From Lama glama (taxonomy: Eukaryota): a DNA stretch of 64,000 bases. The DNA is taken from the NCBI GenBank assembly GCA_028534125.1, contig CM052817.1:46874001-46938000 (forward strand), in the 5' to 3' direction. Below, one piece after another: positions 1 to 14,000 of the stretch. Numbering within the stretch: the stretch's first letter is position 1; every line of letters starts with the position of its first letter. Below the pieces are notes generated by a model. The model did no database searches. It worked only from the letters and a program-made list of their open reading frames with translations, and was not told where the DNA came from. Made by a program: the position numbers and the translations under genes.

Positions 1-3000
1 TTGTAGTGGGACATTTTTGTTTGCTTTTTAAAAATTTTGCTTTATATTTTAAAAGAAGTGTGCGTTATAGATTTAAGTAAATTTATTTGACATTTTCTTT
101 GGTCACTTAAAATTTCAGCATATAACAGATTTTAGAAGTCTTATTTATTTTCTGGGGAGAACCCACTTGGACATAGTTTTGTGCCTTAAGTATAGGTTTT
201 TCTAATGCTATCTTAAAAATTGGTTTTTCATTATTTCCACTAAAATGTTAAACTTGTTTAATATCATGTTAAGATTTTATATTACCTAGTTTGTTCATAG
301 TTACTAGTTAGTTACTAAGGTTATTTTACCCCTGTAATTTTAATTGTTCATCCTGATATTCAATCGCTCTTAATTTGGTTCCTATATACCTGTCACATTA
401 AACCATACTAAGTGAGTAATTTTCTCTTTATTAGTATTATTTGATTTAACTGAGTATCTGTCAGTTATTGGCAGACTAGAAGTGAACATTTTCCAGGTGG
501 TAATAAAATATACTTCTTTTCCAAAATTGAAAGTACTCATAATGACCAGGTGCTAACAATAACAGTTTAAAGAGGATAAACTTGCTAACTCTGAAGCTAA
601 ATGTACTGTTTTATAAAGTACCTCATATTGCAAGTGAATAGATACATATTATACATTGAGCTTTCTAGAAAAAAATTGTAATGGGTTAACTCCTTGTATA
701 AATGTCCAGTAATGAATAATGAAATTCATCTATATACCACAGTGATAGTTTTATTACTGTGTCTAATACTGAGCTATTTGAAGTTTGTCACCATAATATT
801 CATCTTTATGATTTTATTTATTGAGTATCTGGAGTTTTATGTGAATTTGTTTATTTACATTAAACATTGGATTCTTTCTATTTTTTCTGCCTTTGAATTT
901 AACTTGGTTTTTTGAACGATACATTTTTTAAAGGTACTTTTATTTAAATCTTAATAAAAAGAAAATTAAAATCAGTATCATCAGTGAATTAGTGCAGCTT
1001 AATTCTAATAATGCTATCATTTGCCTTTTAATTGGTGACTGTTTATTATATATACCTGTGTGTATTTAACCTAAATTTTTAGATGATAACCAACATCTTA
1101 ATTAAAATATTATAAGTTACTAAAACTTATAATAAAACTGGAAAAGACTGATACCAGTTTATATGATTGCTTCTCAGTTATCCAGTAATGGTAATGGACT
1201 TAATAGAATAACTGGTTTATTTTAATTATCCAAATAATCCAGTCAGTAAAATCTTCTCCAAACCAAAGTAGTCAAAATGTTTCTTGTCCTTTTGCCCACC
1301 TTAACTAATGCTCAAGAAAATGGTCAAATACAGATGATAGAAAAGGCCTAGGAGCCTATATGAATATCTCTTTTTTTGTATAGCTTATGTTATTTTTGCT
1401 GAGACATAATTGTAATTTTAGAATTTTGATGTTCTTCCTCTAAGTTATATGTAATAATAGATCTTAGTACTTAGAAAGCTCAAAAAGAAAAAGTCCTCCA
1501 AACTTTTTTTTGTAAATTCCAAATTTGTGCAACCAAGTACTGTTTATATATTTTTTATATGCAAATATGAAACATATGAGAAGCTGTTTCAGGCACTTAA
1601 TGACTGTATATTCTAGTTTTATTATTTCTGCTTGAACTAGTTTTAGTTGTTTTCTGTAAGGATTGCTTTAGAAATGAGAAATTTTACAAATACTTCTCAA
1701 ATACTTCTCTCTTTTAATTTTAATTAAATTAAACATTCTTTCTTCGCATATAGCATTTGATACATTTTTGCTTTAGAAGAGTAGCAATTTTTTTGAAAAT
1801 AAAAATATTTTTAATATTAAGTATAATAACTCTCATGCCTAATCTTGTTCCTTTGTTATCTAGAGCCAGGGTTTCTAGCTTTATGTGTAGTTGATTTTGC
1901 AGGTTGTAATATATAAGCTAAAAGCTCCGAATCTTTATGGTTGTTCCTTAGAGATACAGTGGGTTGAAGATTTGGCTGAACCCTTTAGGGTGTAACTTAA
2001 AAGGGTCAGGTTTAGACTTATTAAGTAGGTTTACTATGGAATCATTTCTTGCTCTGTATTTATCTTAACGTTAGAAAGTTTTTAATAAAATAACCTTAAA
2101 AGAATAATAGAGTTATTGTTTCCTTTTAATTTGTCAACATTGTGGGCTAGTGGTAAATAGTGCGTTTTCATTCAAACAGAAGAAATCACTTGCTATTTAT
2201 CATAAAAATTATTTTTAGTGATGATATAAAATCTCCATGAAGTAGATTCTTTCAACAGTTATTTGCTGTATTTCTTTTTATTCTGTAAAGTATATTGGCT
2301 TATGCAATGCACATCACTTATATATTATATCGGTTAAGTCTTCCATGGATTTATTTGTAAAGTTCTATATCTATATAGTTAGTATAACACTGGTGACATT
2401 TTTTCACTAGCAAGAATTGGAGGAGTTACTCTTACGACATAAGTATAAGTTGATCTAGAGACAGAAAAATTTAGCTAAATATGTAAATTATTCAGATTGA
2501 TATAAGTAGCATTTTCCGTTCATTAAGAGGTTTTAAAAAGACTAGACATGTTGGGCTGACTGAATCTTATAATTTGACTCCAGTATTTATTGAGCACCTT
2601 CAATGTGCTAGGCACTTGAAATTCAGTGAGATTAGTCCAGCTAACTTTGCTTCACAAAAGTAAAAATTTAGAGGGTAGAATGTGTGTCATTGGTATTTAA
2701 ACATTCTTGAATTCAGGATGTGTACGGATATTGCTTTCACACACCCACTTTTGGAGAATGTGTAAGGGAGTATTAGAAAACAACTAAAAGGCACACTTAG
2801 GTTAATCAATAATCCCTGTAAAGAAGAATGATATTTTAGTGGAGTATGAAGGCTCCAAACAGCTTGTAAAAAGATAATGTAATTAGAAGTATGTGAAATA
2901 ATCTATTACTGTCACATGAGAGTAAAGGCAGAGTGTCCAAATGACACTAGTCCCACATTAATCCAACATAGTCTAATGGTTAATGTGGAACATGCTGTGG

Positions 3001-3489
3001 AGGATGCATTAGGAAAGGTCTACATCATGTATTACCTGCATATGCTTGTAGCAACATTGGCACTCTGCTGGTTCTGAATTATTAGGGGCCTTGACTGAAG
3101 AACTCATTCTGATATGAAGTGACTTGATCACTACAAAGTTGCTGAGTGTCAAAGTCCTACTTAACCACTGGTTTGGCTTAGTATATGGCCTCCAACTTTG
3201 CCAAGACAAAGGCCTTTCAGGTGTTCATAAATGTCTGTGAGATAACTTTTGGTTCCATAAGTGGGTAGATTAATATTGGCCATTAATATTGGTCTTGGAT
3301 GGAACCACGCTTCTAACTGTCTATATTTGCAAATATGCATATATGTTGTACATAGGATGCCCACATAATTTTATGGTGACAATAGAAATTGAATATGTTT
3401 GTTACAATTTACTAAAGATTTAAGTTATTACATGGAGGAATTGTGTCATTACATGTTTTATAATTTTATTAAAAAAATAACTTTTCCAG

Positions 3490-4525
3490 AAGGAAAAAAA
3501 AAAACCAAGTAGCATTGTTCTACATTTTTTACAGATATCTTTGAAGTCTGGCTTAATGGAAGATAACTAGACTCACATACTTGCTTTTATATTCTGTTTG
3601 TTATAATACATTATTTTCGAGGAAGTCTAAGAAGAAAATGTAATCATATTTATATGAGGGTTAAAAAAGGGGAAGAATATTTTAATAACACTTTCTAATA
3701 ATTGTGGATATTCTTCATTGATACCACTCCTAAAACTACTCAAATGGTAGTTTCCTGGAGATTAGTTGCAGTGTGGAATCTGAAACATTATAAATGAATT
3801 TTCTAAACTTTGTTCAATTAAAACCCACTGGTTTATTGTGCATTTTGAATAGGTCTTTTACTTGTGTGGGATTTTGTAGCCTCATACATTGGTCAATTGG
3901 AAAATACTGATTTACTGCCTTACAAATATTGCTACATTTTATTCTACGATGTCAAAAAATAGTATTTGCTAATATCACTATTGATCTCCTTAGAAAAGTA
4001 AAAACCTGGAAAGCTGTCATATTTAGTGCCAGATATAAGTTCCAAAATTCTAATTTGTACTTCAAAGCTTGAATTTATCACTGATGACAAAGAAAGTGAG
4101 TTGTTTTCTTTGAAAATGATATCTGTGTTCCATGAAAAAACTGTTAACTCACATTTACACAAGTGTTTTTCTTGAGACAACTACATTACTGACTGCAGCA
4201 AAAATGTTTCCCATTTTGTCACACAGAATTTTAAAAAGTAAAATACATAAGGTTGAAAAATTTTAAATTAGTACTTTTTTACTACTTCATAGTGGAAACT
4301 CACCTGTTTTTCCCCTGTTTAATTATGAGTGCATGGCAGAGAAGAATATGATTTGTGCTATGTTTATGATTAGTGTTAAGGGGCCAACAGTTTTAACTGC
4401 CAAACTTTTATATCATCAGGGCAAATAACATTTTAAATTTATAAAAATAATTTTGACCTCAAAGCCCCTTGAAAGAGTCTTGAGGATTCCCATGAATCCT
4501 GTGAACCACACTTGAATAACCACTG
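3490..4525 (-). mobile_element. hAT-Charlie DNA transposon (Charlie1-like) remnant
   Basis: Ends gaaccacacttgaataaccactg (TIR). The reverse complement of 4040-4090 aligns with 37450-37900 once the NUMT is removed. Left boundary approximate. Confidence 0.75.
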
Positions 4526-5441
4526 GCTTAGTATATTGCCCAAATTTACAGTCAGTAATAGTGTGAAACTAAGATTGAGATTTAAGTCTATTTGACCCAA
4601 ATGTTTTCTTTTTACCATTTTGTCAAATTTCTTAATTTATCACATGGTCCCAATTTCTTTAATCTCTTTTGTCACTCCTTCTAAAGTATTTCTAAAGTAT
4701 TTCTATCCTTCAACTACAACATAGCAGGTTTAAGAAGTAGGAAAAACTTTGTGAAAAAATATTTTTTTAATGTATAAATATAAATATATATAAGCCCTAG
4801 ATCAGTCATTCAGAACTTATGAAAAAGGATTCTGAGTACTCCCAGGTGAAATAGTGAGTGAAAGAAGCTAGAAGTAATTGGAAAGTGGTTTTGCTTGTAG
4901 AATTATATTATGTAAGTAACACTTTCGATTTTGATAAAGATAATAATTTAAAACCTAAATGGGTTTGTCAATTCCATCAAATGTCTTGTGTTATAATTCT
5001 GAATGATTAGGAAAGGAGTTTATAAATTATAACTACTTGAATACTCATTTTAGGAAGTAGAAACAAATACATGAAGTATTTGTCGAATTTGAATTTTTTA
5101 ATTTGAAGGCTTTTAGGCATCTTTTCTGTCCTATTAGAGATGCTAGCTGGTTTTCATTCAGTCATGAGAAGTTCTTTCTCTGAGACTAGTTCTGTTTTAT
5201 ATTGTCTATGAAAATGAAAAAAAAGATTAAGATAATATATATTTTGGTTATCCAAAGATTAAGCTGTTTCAGATTCCTTTGCATAGTAGCAAATTAAGTC
5301 ATTTAAAATCTACTTTATACTTTTCTCTTGTATTAACATGTACTATGATTTTGCCACAATTTCATCTTGAAATTGAGATTGAAATCACATGTTCCCTTGG
5401 GAAAAGAGAAATGCCAGTAACATCTGCACATCTCAGTCTTT

Positions 5442-6290
5442 TTTTTTTAACGTTTTTATTGATTTATAATCATTTTACAATGTTGTGTCAAATTCCAGTG
5501 TAGAGCACAATTTTTCAGTTACAGGTGAACATACATCTATTCATTGTCACATTTTTTTCTCTGTGAGCTACTGTAAGATCTTGTATATATATTTCCCTGT
5601 GCCATAATAATCTTGTTTATCTATTCTCCAATTTTGAAATCTCAGTCTTCCCCTTCCCACCCCCCACCCCCTTGGCAACCACAAGTTTGTATTCTATGTT
5701 TATGAGTCTATTTCTGTTTTGTATTCATGCTTTGTTTGTTTGTTTTAGATTCCACGTATGAGTGATCTCATATGGTATTCTTCTTTCTCTCTGGCTTACC
5801 TCACTTAGAATGGCATTCTCCAGGAGCATCCATGTTGCTGCAAATGGCGTTATGCTGTCCTTTTTATGGCTGAATAGTATTCCATTGTGTAAATATACCA
5901 CATCTTCCTTATCTAGTCATCTGTTGATGGATATTTAGGCTGTTTCCATGTCTTGACTATTTTAAATAGTGCTGCTATGAACATTGGGGTGCAGGTGTCA
6001 TTTTGAAGTAGGGTTCCTCCTGAATATATGCCCAGGAGCGGGATTCCTGGGTCATATGTTAAGTTTATTCCTAGTCTTATGAGGAATCTCCATACTGTTT
6101 TCCACAGTGGCTGCACCAAACTGCATTCCCACCAGCAGTGTAGGATTCCCTTTTCTCCATAGACTTTCCAGCATTTGTCATTTGTGGACTTTTGAATGAT
6201 GGCCATTCTGACTGGTGTGTGGTGATAACCTCACTGTAGTTTTGATTTGCATTTCTCTGATAATTAGTGATAATTGAGCATTTTTTCATG
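5442..6290 (-). mobile_element. Relatively young 5'-truncated LINE-1 (ORF2 C-terminus + 3'UTR + short A tail), antisense to ANKRD17
   Basis: ORF 5913..6206 (KCW...[20 protein letters not shown]...CTPMFIAALF) is the L1 ORF2 Cys-rich end; perfect 18 bp TSD ctgcacatctcagtcttt at 5424-5441 and 6291-6308. Confidence 0.95.
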
Positions 6291-8778
6291 CTGCACATCT
6301 CAGTCTTTACACTTCTCAAATTCTATAGCTCTTCTCCCCACCTCCAAATTCCAAGGGACTGTTGAGATGAGGAACAGTGTTAAGCCAATATTATACTGCT
6401 TATTGGTGTTTTCTGTTGTCTGGTTCCTTCTTTAGTCTCTGACCTTTTATTTAATTTCTTTCTCTGAATTTTGATGCCTGTTGCCCACTTTATTTTGATT
6501 TCTTATTCCTGCTACAGATTGTCTAGATTCTGATCCTCTACTTGGTGTTTGAATATTGTGACCAACCTAACTCCTTGTTTTCACACAGATCTCATTTGTT
6601 GGCCATCTCATTTGTCTAACTAGTGTTTATCCTTAACTGGTTCTAACCTTGAATTTGTCTTGTTGCCATTTCTCTAGTCCTTGTCACATGTTCTACATTT
6701 GTAATTTATGCCCTGTCATCATAAAAAGATCAACATGTATTTGTATTAACTGTTCAAGCAAGTTTGAGAAATACAGTTTCTAAATTCTTACTTTTTCATA
6801 AGGAAAACTGTATAAGGTTTTCCAAAAACATGTGCTGGTGTTTAAGTGTTCACAGATATTGGTAAGTTTTCCTTTTTAATATTTTGTCACACTTGTACAA
6901 TATTTTGTTATTTTCTCAAAATGTCTTTGTCAGTGTCTTTTTCCTGATTTTCTTAGTTTTATCAGTGAAATAAAGTAAATGGAGATAATAGTGGATAGAA
7001 AGTTGCTCTCTGCTGTAAAACTATTTATTTAAAGAACCAAAATATTAAAATTAAGTCCTATATATGTCATTTAAAAAATCTTGGCTGGTGATCATCATTT
7101 TGTAAATATTTTATGAATTACAAAGAACATAACGTTTTCAGAATGATAGGTAAGAGAATGCTGAATTATGTTGACATCAATTTTTACATGCTTGTAGATT
7201 ATATTTAATGGGCTTTCTTTTTATTGTCTTGAGCTTATAGTGTTATTGTATGATTTCTGTGAATAGTTTTATTCTTGGTGTCTTCAGTGACTTAGCATTG
7301 TATTTTGAACACATTAAATACTTGGTTTTCACTTTAATTTGAGTTATATTTGTATAATTAAAGAATTACCTTCTTATCTTTTTCCCTTGAGAAGTTCTTT
7401 GAACTCTTATTTTTGGTTAGGTATAGACAGGAAATGAGAAAGACTAACTAAAAGTCAAGTCATATTACTCATATCAACCCAAGTGATCAGTAAGTTGAAA
7501 TTTTAAGACTTATAATCATATGTTATTTGAAATAAGTATTTTTTTATTCTTGTATTTCTTTAAAGTTAAATTGTATCATATAGTTTCTCTAAGATCCCTT
7601 CTAGATGTAAAAGCCTTAACTAGAACTCTTAAGATAGTGGCTTCAGTAAGTGGTCTGTATCTCCCATGTATTTCTAAAGCTTTATAACCTGTTTTACTGT
7701 GTTATTTCACATTTAAGCCAAAGCCAAGTTCAGTTTTGTACCTGAACTATCTATTATTTGACATCCTTCTACCCATCAACTGTATTTTTACCATTTAATC
7801 TGAACTGTTTGCCTTTACATTGTATTTAAATACTCTTCTACTGCTCACATTGTCTACCTCCTACCCTCCTCATCTATTCATTCATCTATTCCTTTTCAAA
7901 ATCGTACTCTTTCCCTAGGGTTTTCTTTCTCTAGACTTTCAGGTTATCTCCTACCCTTTTCTGCTCTTAAAGAGTAATTTAAGACTGTATATTTAAAATA
8001 TTTTGCAGTTTCTATAATGTTCTTGATTAAATGTTAAATTCTTTAATGTGGATATCTTGGTGCTCTTTAAATTTTAAGAAAGTACTTATGTATTTATGTA
8101 AGAGATATTTCATCCCACAAAAGAATTTGAAGTAACTTATGAAAGTGTATATTCTGAAAAGTAAAAATACAAATGGCAAAATTAGTAAATTAAGACCAGA
8201 GGTAAAAGTAGTATACAGAAGTGCATATACAATATGTAATTGCTAGGCTTAGATTGAATTAGCTAGCAACCAGAGCCAAATTGGAAACTTGATGAGTTTT
8301 GAGGTTTGTGTTATTCATGAGCTCCATAAGCATACTGGATGATCTGGAAAACTGATATATTTTGTGCAGTTTAAGTCTTAGAAAAAATTTCTCTTTGGGC
8401 CCCTATATTGGATGTACTGCTTGTTGTAGTAAATAATTTCTTCAGCATTCCAAAAGTAAACAAGCTTCATACTATTTCTATAGAACATAAGCCAACAGTT
8501 TACTTGATAAAATTCAGCTGGGTTAAAAAAATAGTACTGTAGTCTGAATACTCAGTCTTCTGGTGGTCTGGTTTGTTTCAAGAAAAATTTAGAATATCTA
8601 GAACAGCGGTTGCAAGCTTGTGGCTTCTTGGCTGTATCAGAATTAGAAATGTGTTTTGTATAGCTGATATAATGTTGGTCCACCTGATGACCATTTATTT
8701 ACATTTTCTTTAGTGTATCTCAGAACTTCTGTGTAGTTTTCACTGTTCAGTTCTTACAAATGTTTTGTTAAATTTATC

Positions 8779-9344
8779 TGTCAGGGAGAAAAACTTATCT
8801 ACTCTCTTAGGTTCAGTGAATGAGACCTGTGAATTAAACTGATAACAGAATAACAGGAGAAATTTATTATACATGCACATGGGGACCTCACAGAAAAGAA
8901 CTGAAAACCCAGAGAGGCAGTTAGGCTTGGGAGTTACGTATCATTTTAACAAATGGTGATAAATTGTGTTCTGACTAGCCAAAGGAAAAGAGATTTAGGC
9001 TTCTAGGGCAGTAAATTGTAGGAAGGTAACTATATGGGAAAACTTAATTGGTAGACAAGAGATTTATTTACCCCTTATTTATTTTAGAGATTTCTTATGC
9101 AGATTTAAGTTGGAGCCATCATCAGTGAAAAGAGTCATTTCCAGTATTTCAGAGTCTTTCTCTTCTTTCTGGTTTGGGAGAAGGCAGAAGGGAACACTTC
9201 ACAAAGGGAAATACATGTCCTTCTTCTAGGCAGAAAGGGGCAGGGCGTAGAGTTCCTTCTGCATCTGTGTCTCAATTGCCTTCAGTCAAAATAATCCTTA
9301 TGCCAAAGTGGCATATTTTAGGGTGGCATATTCTAATCCCTTTA
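8779..9344 (-). mobile_element. Solo ERV1-class LTR (MER34-like) inserted in the old L1
   Basis: Minus strand starts aagggattagaatatgccaccctaaaatatgccactttggcataaggattattttgactgaaggcaattgag (MER34-family 5' end as recalled) and ends ...ccctgaca; L1 sequence resumes on both sides. Confidence 0.7.
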
Positions 9345-9954
9345 TCCCCTAAGTGTTTTATGGTTTTTAAAGTTACTGTAAATGGTAATTCTTTTTATTT
9401 TATTTAGCAATTGTTTGTTGCTTATATATAGGAATGCAGTGGACATCTGTATATTGACCTTGTATTCTCTAGGCTTGCTAAATTCATTTAGTTCTACCAG
9501 GGTTGTGTTTTTTGTTGTTGTTGTTTTGTTTTTGTTTGTTTGTTTTTGGTAGATGGTAGAATTTTCTACATACATTGTCGTCTATGCAGGTAAAGTCAGT
9601 TTTTCTCCCCTTCTCCCCTACCTTTATGCCTTTAATTCTTTTTTTCTTGCCTTATTGCCCTAGGTAGTACATCTAATAAAATGTTGAATAGAATTGGTGA
9701 CCTGTGGACAATATTGCCTTGCTCCTGATCTTAGGGAGAAAAGTGTTTAGTCTTCATAGAATGTTATCTATACTTTTTTCTCAGCTCCTTTATCTGGTTG
9801 AGATGTTCCTGTCTATTCCTAGTTTGCTAATAATTTTTATTATCAAAAGGTATTGAATTGTCAGGTGTTTTATCTGTATCTTTTGAGATAATCTTACGAG
9901 TTTCCTCCTTTATTTTGTTATTTTGTAAGTTATGTTAATTGACTCTTGGATTTT

Positions 9955-10047
9955 TTTTTTTTTTAAAACGAAGGTACTGGGGATTGAACCCAGGACTTCA
10001 TGCACGCCAAGCATGCTCTCTGCTACTGAGCTATCCCCCTCACTCAC
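9955..10047 (-). mobile_element. tRNA-Ala-derived SINE (short form)
   Basis: A-box (tagctcagtag) and B-box (ggttcaatccc) on the minus strand, A tail, 15 bp TSD tgactcttggatttt at 9940-9954 and 10048-10062. Confidence 0.93.
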
Positions 10048-10909
10048 TGACTCTTGGATTTTAAACCAACTTTGTATTCTAGGGGTAAACTTCCTTTGGC
10101 CATAATGTATGACCTCCTTTTGGATATGGCTAGATTTGGTTTACTAATATCTTATGAAGGATTATTATTCTTCACAAGGCATATTGGCCTTTAGTTTTCT
10201 TTAAAAAAAACCTTTGACTATTTTTGTGTCAAGAAATGTTATCCTCATAAAGTGGAGGTATATCTTTCTTTTCTATTTTCTGAAGCTTGTGTATAATTGA
10301 ATGATTGAATTTACCGGTGAAGCCTTCTGTACCCAGTGTTTTGTTTGTGGGAAATTTTTGATGAAAAATTCACTTTCTTTGGCAGATACAAAGCTATTTA
10401 GCTTTTTTCTGGTCAGTTTTTGTAATTTTAAGTCTGGTAAGGAATTTGTCTATTTCAGTCTAAGTTGTTTAATTAATTGACATAGAGTTGTTCATAATAG
10501 TCCTGTACTCTTTAAATAATGGTAAGATCTGTAATAATCTTCCCTCTTTCAATCCTGATACTGGTAATTTGCATTTTCTCTTTTTATTGGATAGTCTAAT
10601 ATGAAATGTATCAATTTTATTTTTTGTGAACTTCGATTTTCATTTCATGTCATTGATTTTTCTGTATTTTATTCACTTTCTGTTTCATTGACTTCTACTC
10701 ATGTGGATTTAATTTGTTCTTATTTTAAATGGAAACTTAGGTTATTGTTTTTAATGTTTCTTTTTTTCTATTATGATATTAAAAGCTATAAGTTTCCTTT
10801 CTGTGCACTGCTTCAGGTATATACCACAAATTTTTCTGTGTTGTATTTTCATTATTGTTTTGTTCTCAGTGTTTTATAATTTTTCTTGTGATTTCCTTTT
10901 TGAATTATT

Positions 10910-11086
10910 CTGCCTTTCTTAACTGGGGTTTCATGGGAGAATTAAGCTCCAGTGCCTAAGATATCTCTTTTCTCGTGTGCATGTATACTGTTTATATATC
11001 ATCCCTGGGAGAATTGAGAAAATAGTCACTCAAATCATTTTTGGTCAACTGTGGTTTAGATGAGGAACTATTTTTGAGAAAGGTTC
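10910..11086 (+). mobile_element. Small hAT-Charlie-type MITE nested in the old L1
   Basis: Imperfect terminal inverted repeats ctgcctttcttaa ... ttgagaaaggtt interrupting L1 sequence. Confidence 0.45.
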
Positions 11087-14000
11087 TATGGGTCATTTAA
11101 AAGTGTTTCATTTCTAAAATGTTGGGATGTTACAGGTTTCCAATTTAATCATGTGTGGTCAGAGAATATACTATACTATGATTTCACTTCTTTTAAATGT
11201 ATTGAAACTTGTTTTGTGGTCCCAAATATGTTTCATTTCGGTAAATGTTCCATGCATAACTAAAAAAGAATATATTTTCTGCAGTTGTTAGGATGAATGG
11301 GATAAGTGTTCCATAAATGTCAACTAGATTATGTTAGTTAATAATGTTCAAGTCTTTTATATTCTGGCTGATTTTTCTGTCTACTTGCCTATCAACTACT
11401 GAGAGATGAGTTTTGAAATCTTCAACTGTAATTATAGAGAGGCTCGTTTTTTCTTTCTAATCTGTTGGGTTTTGCTGCATTGTATTTTGGATCTCTTTTA
11501 TGAGATACATAAACATTTAGGATTATTGTATCTTCTTGCTAAATTGATCTTTTTATGTAATTAAATGTCCATCTTTATCTTTGCTAGTATTCTTCATTTT
11601 GTCAGGATTCTACTTTGATATTAATAGCTCTACCAACTTTGCTAAGACTAGTGTTTTCAAGATGTATTTCTCCATTCTTCTAACCTCTTTCTGTCTTTAT
11701 ATTTAAAGCGTGTTTTTTGTAGACAGCAAATAGTTAGCTCTTGCCTTTTTATCCAGAATGTCAATCTCTGCCTTTTAATCGGTATATCTGGTCCATTTTC
11801 ACTGCATGTAATTATCAGTATTTTATGTTTGAGTCTGCTATCTTGCAAGTTGTTTTCTGTTTGTCCCATTTGTTATTTCTTCTTTTTTCCACTGTTCATG
11901 TATTTTATTTGATTATTTTTATTACCTTTTTTGCCTTATTACCTCTTTTTATTATTTTTAGGTAGTTGTTTTAGGGTTTGCAATATACATGTGTTAACCT
12001 ATAGCTGCCTTCATATACTAATACACCACTTCATGCTTCATATATAAAAACCTTGTAATTGTATACTTTACTTATCCTACGTCTCTTATGGGATTATTGT
12101 TATATATTTTTTCTACATATGTTATGAATCTCCAGAATAGAGTGTTGTTATTTAAAGATATTTTCTTAAATGAGGAAAGGGAATACTCATATTTTTATAT
12201 CATTTCTGATATTCATTACATTAATCCAGTTTTATTAATTATCAATTTGAAGAATTCCCATCCACTTGAATAATTTTCCTTGATGTTTCTTATAGTGCAG
12301 GTCTGCTGAAAAAAATTTTCTAAGATTTTTGTCTATAAATATCTGTTTCCTCTTATGTTTGAAGTGTATTTTAACTGTATATTGTGTTCTTGGTTGTAAG
12401 ATTTTTTTCTTTCAGCACTTCAAAATAGAATCTTTCTTTTGTCTTCTGGCTTCCATTCTGTTTGATAAGAAGTCAGTAGTCATTCTTATCTTTCTTCCTT
12501 TGTACAGACTGTCTTTTTTCCTCTGGCTGTTGTAAGATTTTTTTTTTCTTTATTATTGATTTTCAGTGGGTTTATTGTTACATGCCTTGGTGCAGTTTTC
12601 TTTGTGTTGAAATTTGCTTGAAATTTGTTGAGCTTATTGAATTTGAGTTTATATTTTTCTCTTTATAAGAATTTCTCAGCGTTATTTCTTCAAGTATTTT
12701 TTCTACCCTCCTCCTCCTCTCTTCCTGGGATTCCAGTTACACAAGGTAACATTGCCTCTGTACATTTTTTCAGCCTTTTGTCTCTTCATGCTTTAGTTTG
12801 AATAATTTCTATTGCTCTGTCTCAAGTTCATTGGTCTTTTCTTCTGCAGTTTCATCCAAGGAATTTTTATATGTCATTCAGTGAATTTTTTTATAACAAA
12901 TACTGTATTTTTCAGCTATGTAAATTTTGTTTGATCTTTTGTTTTTATAGATTTTATTTCTCTCTTCAATATGTCCACATTTTTCTTTGAATCCTTGAGC
13001 ATATTTAAAAGAGCTTAAAAGTCCTTGTCTGTTAATTCCATGCTTGTCATTTCAAGGTCTGTTTCTGTTTATGTTTTTCCCCTAGTTATGCGACATAATT
13101 TCTTGCTTCTTTGCAAGTCCAGTAACTTTTCTTTGATGCTTAACACTGTGATATTACATTGTCAGAAAATGTCTAAATATTGTTGTCTTTCTTTAAAAAG
13201 TATTGAATTTATTTTTGGCCAGCAGGTTACTTGCAAATAAGCTTCATTCTTTTGAAGCTTGTTTTAAGCATTTTTATATAATCTTTCTAGTATTCTAGTA
13301 GAGTAGTCCTTCTCATTTGTATGTGTGGCCTTTCTGGATTCTGTACCAGATACCCCAGGTATTTAGAGAAATCCTTTTCCTATAGCTAGTTGAATCTTAA
13401 TGTATCCCAACTCTGCGGGAGCTCCTATAGTTATTAGGTCGTAATTCCCTGATGGTTCTATTCCAGGTTCTTCTCAACAGTTTTCTGCCCTACAAATTTT
13501 AGCTTTTTCAGCTTCTCTAATCTCTCCAATGGTCATTGTCTTCTGAACTAAATAGGACTTGAGTTCTCTGCCTTATTTTCCTCAAGTACTGCTGGCTATA
13601 ACAAAAAGATGGGGAAGTTGTAGGCTTCACTTCTTTATTTTTTTCCAATCATTTTTATTTTGCCTACTGTCCATTGTCTGAAAAGAGATGGGAAGCTTAG
13701 TCAAGTACTATTTACTTTGCTGTGGCTATAAACCATATAATCACTATATTTAAACTTCTGGATTGTGGAGAGAATTATACTAAAATAGACTGAGTAAGCT
13801 GTGGCAAATTTGCATTGAAATATCTTTTGTGGCTAATAGGGTGCCACATCTTATAATCTTTCTAGCCCTCATCTGTTTAGTTATAAAGTCATTTCATATT
13901 GTGTACATGCAGTATTTACTCAACAGGTAACAGTGTCAAGCAGTTCCAGTTGTGGATGCATGTGGCACAACTGACTGCCAGTGTTAACTCTTGATAGTGT

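Larger units (their letters stand above)
8740..13700 (-). mobile_element. Ancient LINE-1 (L1M-type) remnant with nested insertions
   Basis: ORF 11657..11869 (IIT..NG...PIKRQRL..WIK.Q..TICCLQKT) resembles the ORF2 endonuclease N-terminus; 9342..9575 (KVNIQMSTAFLYISNKQL) resembles a post-RT ORF2 segment; T-rich + strand. Boundaries approximate. Confidence 0.85.
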
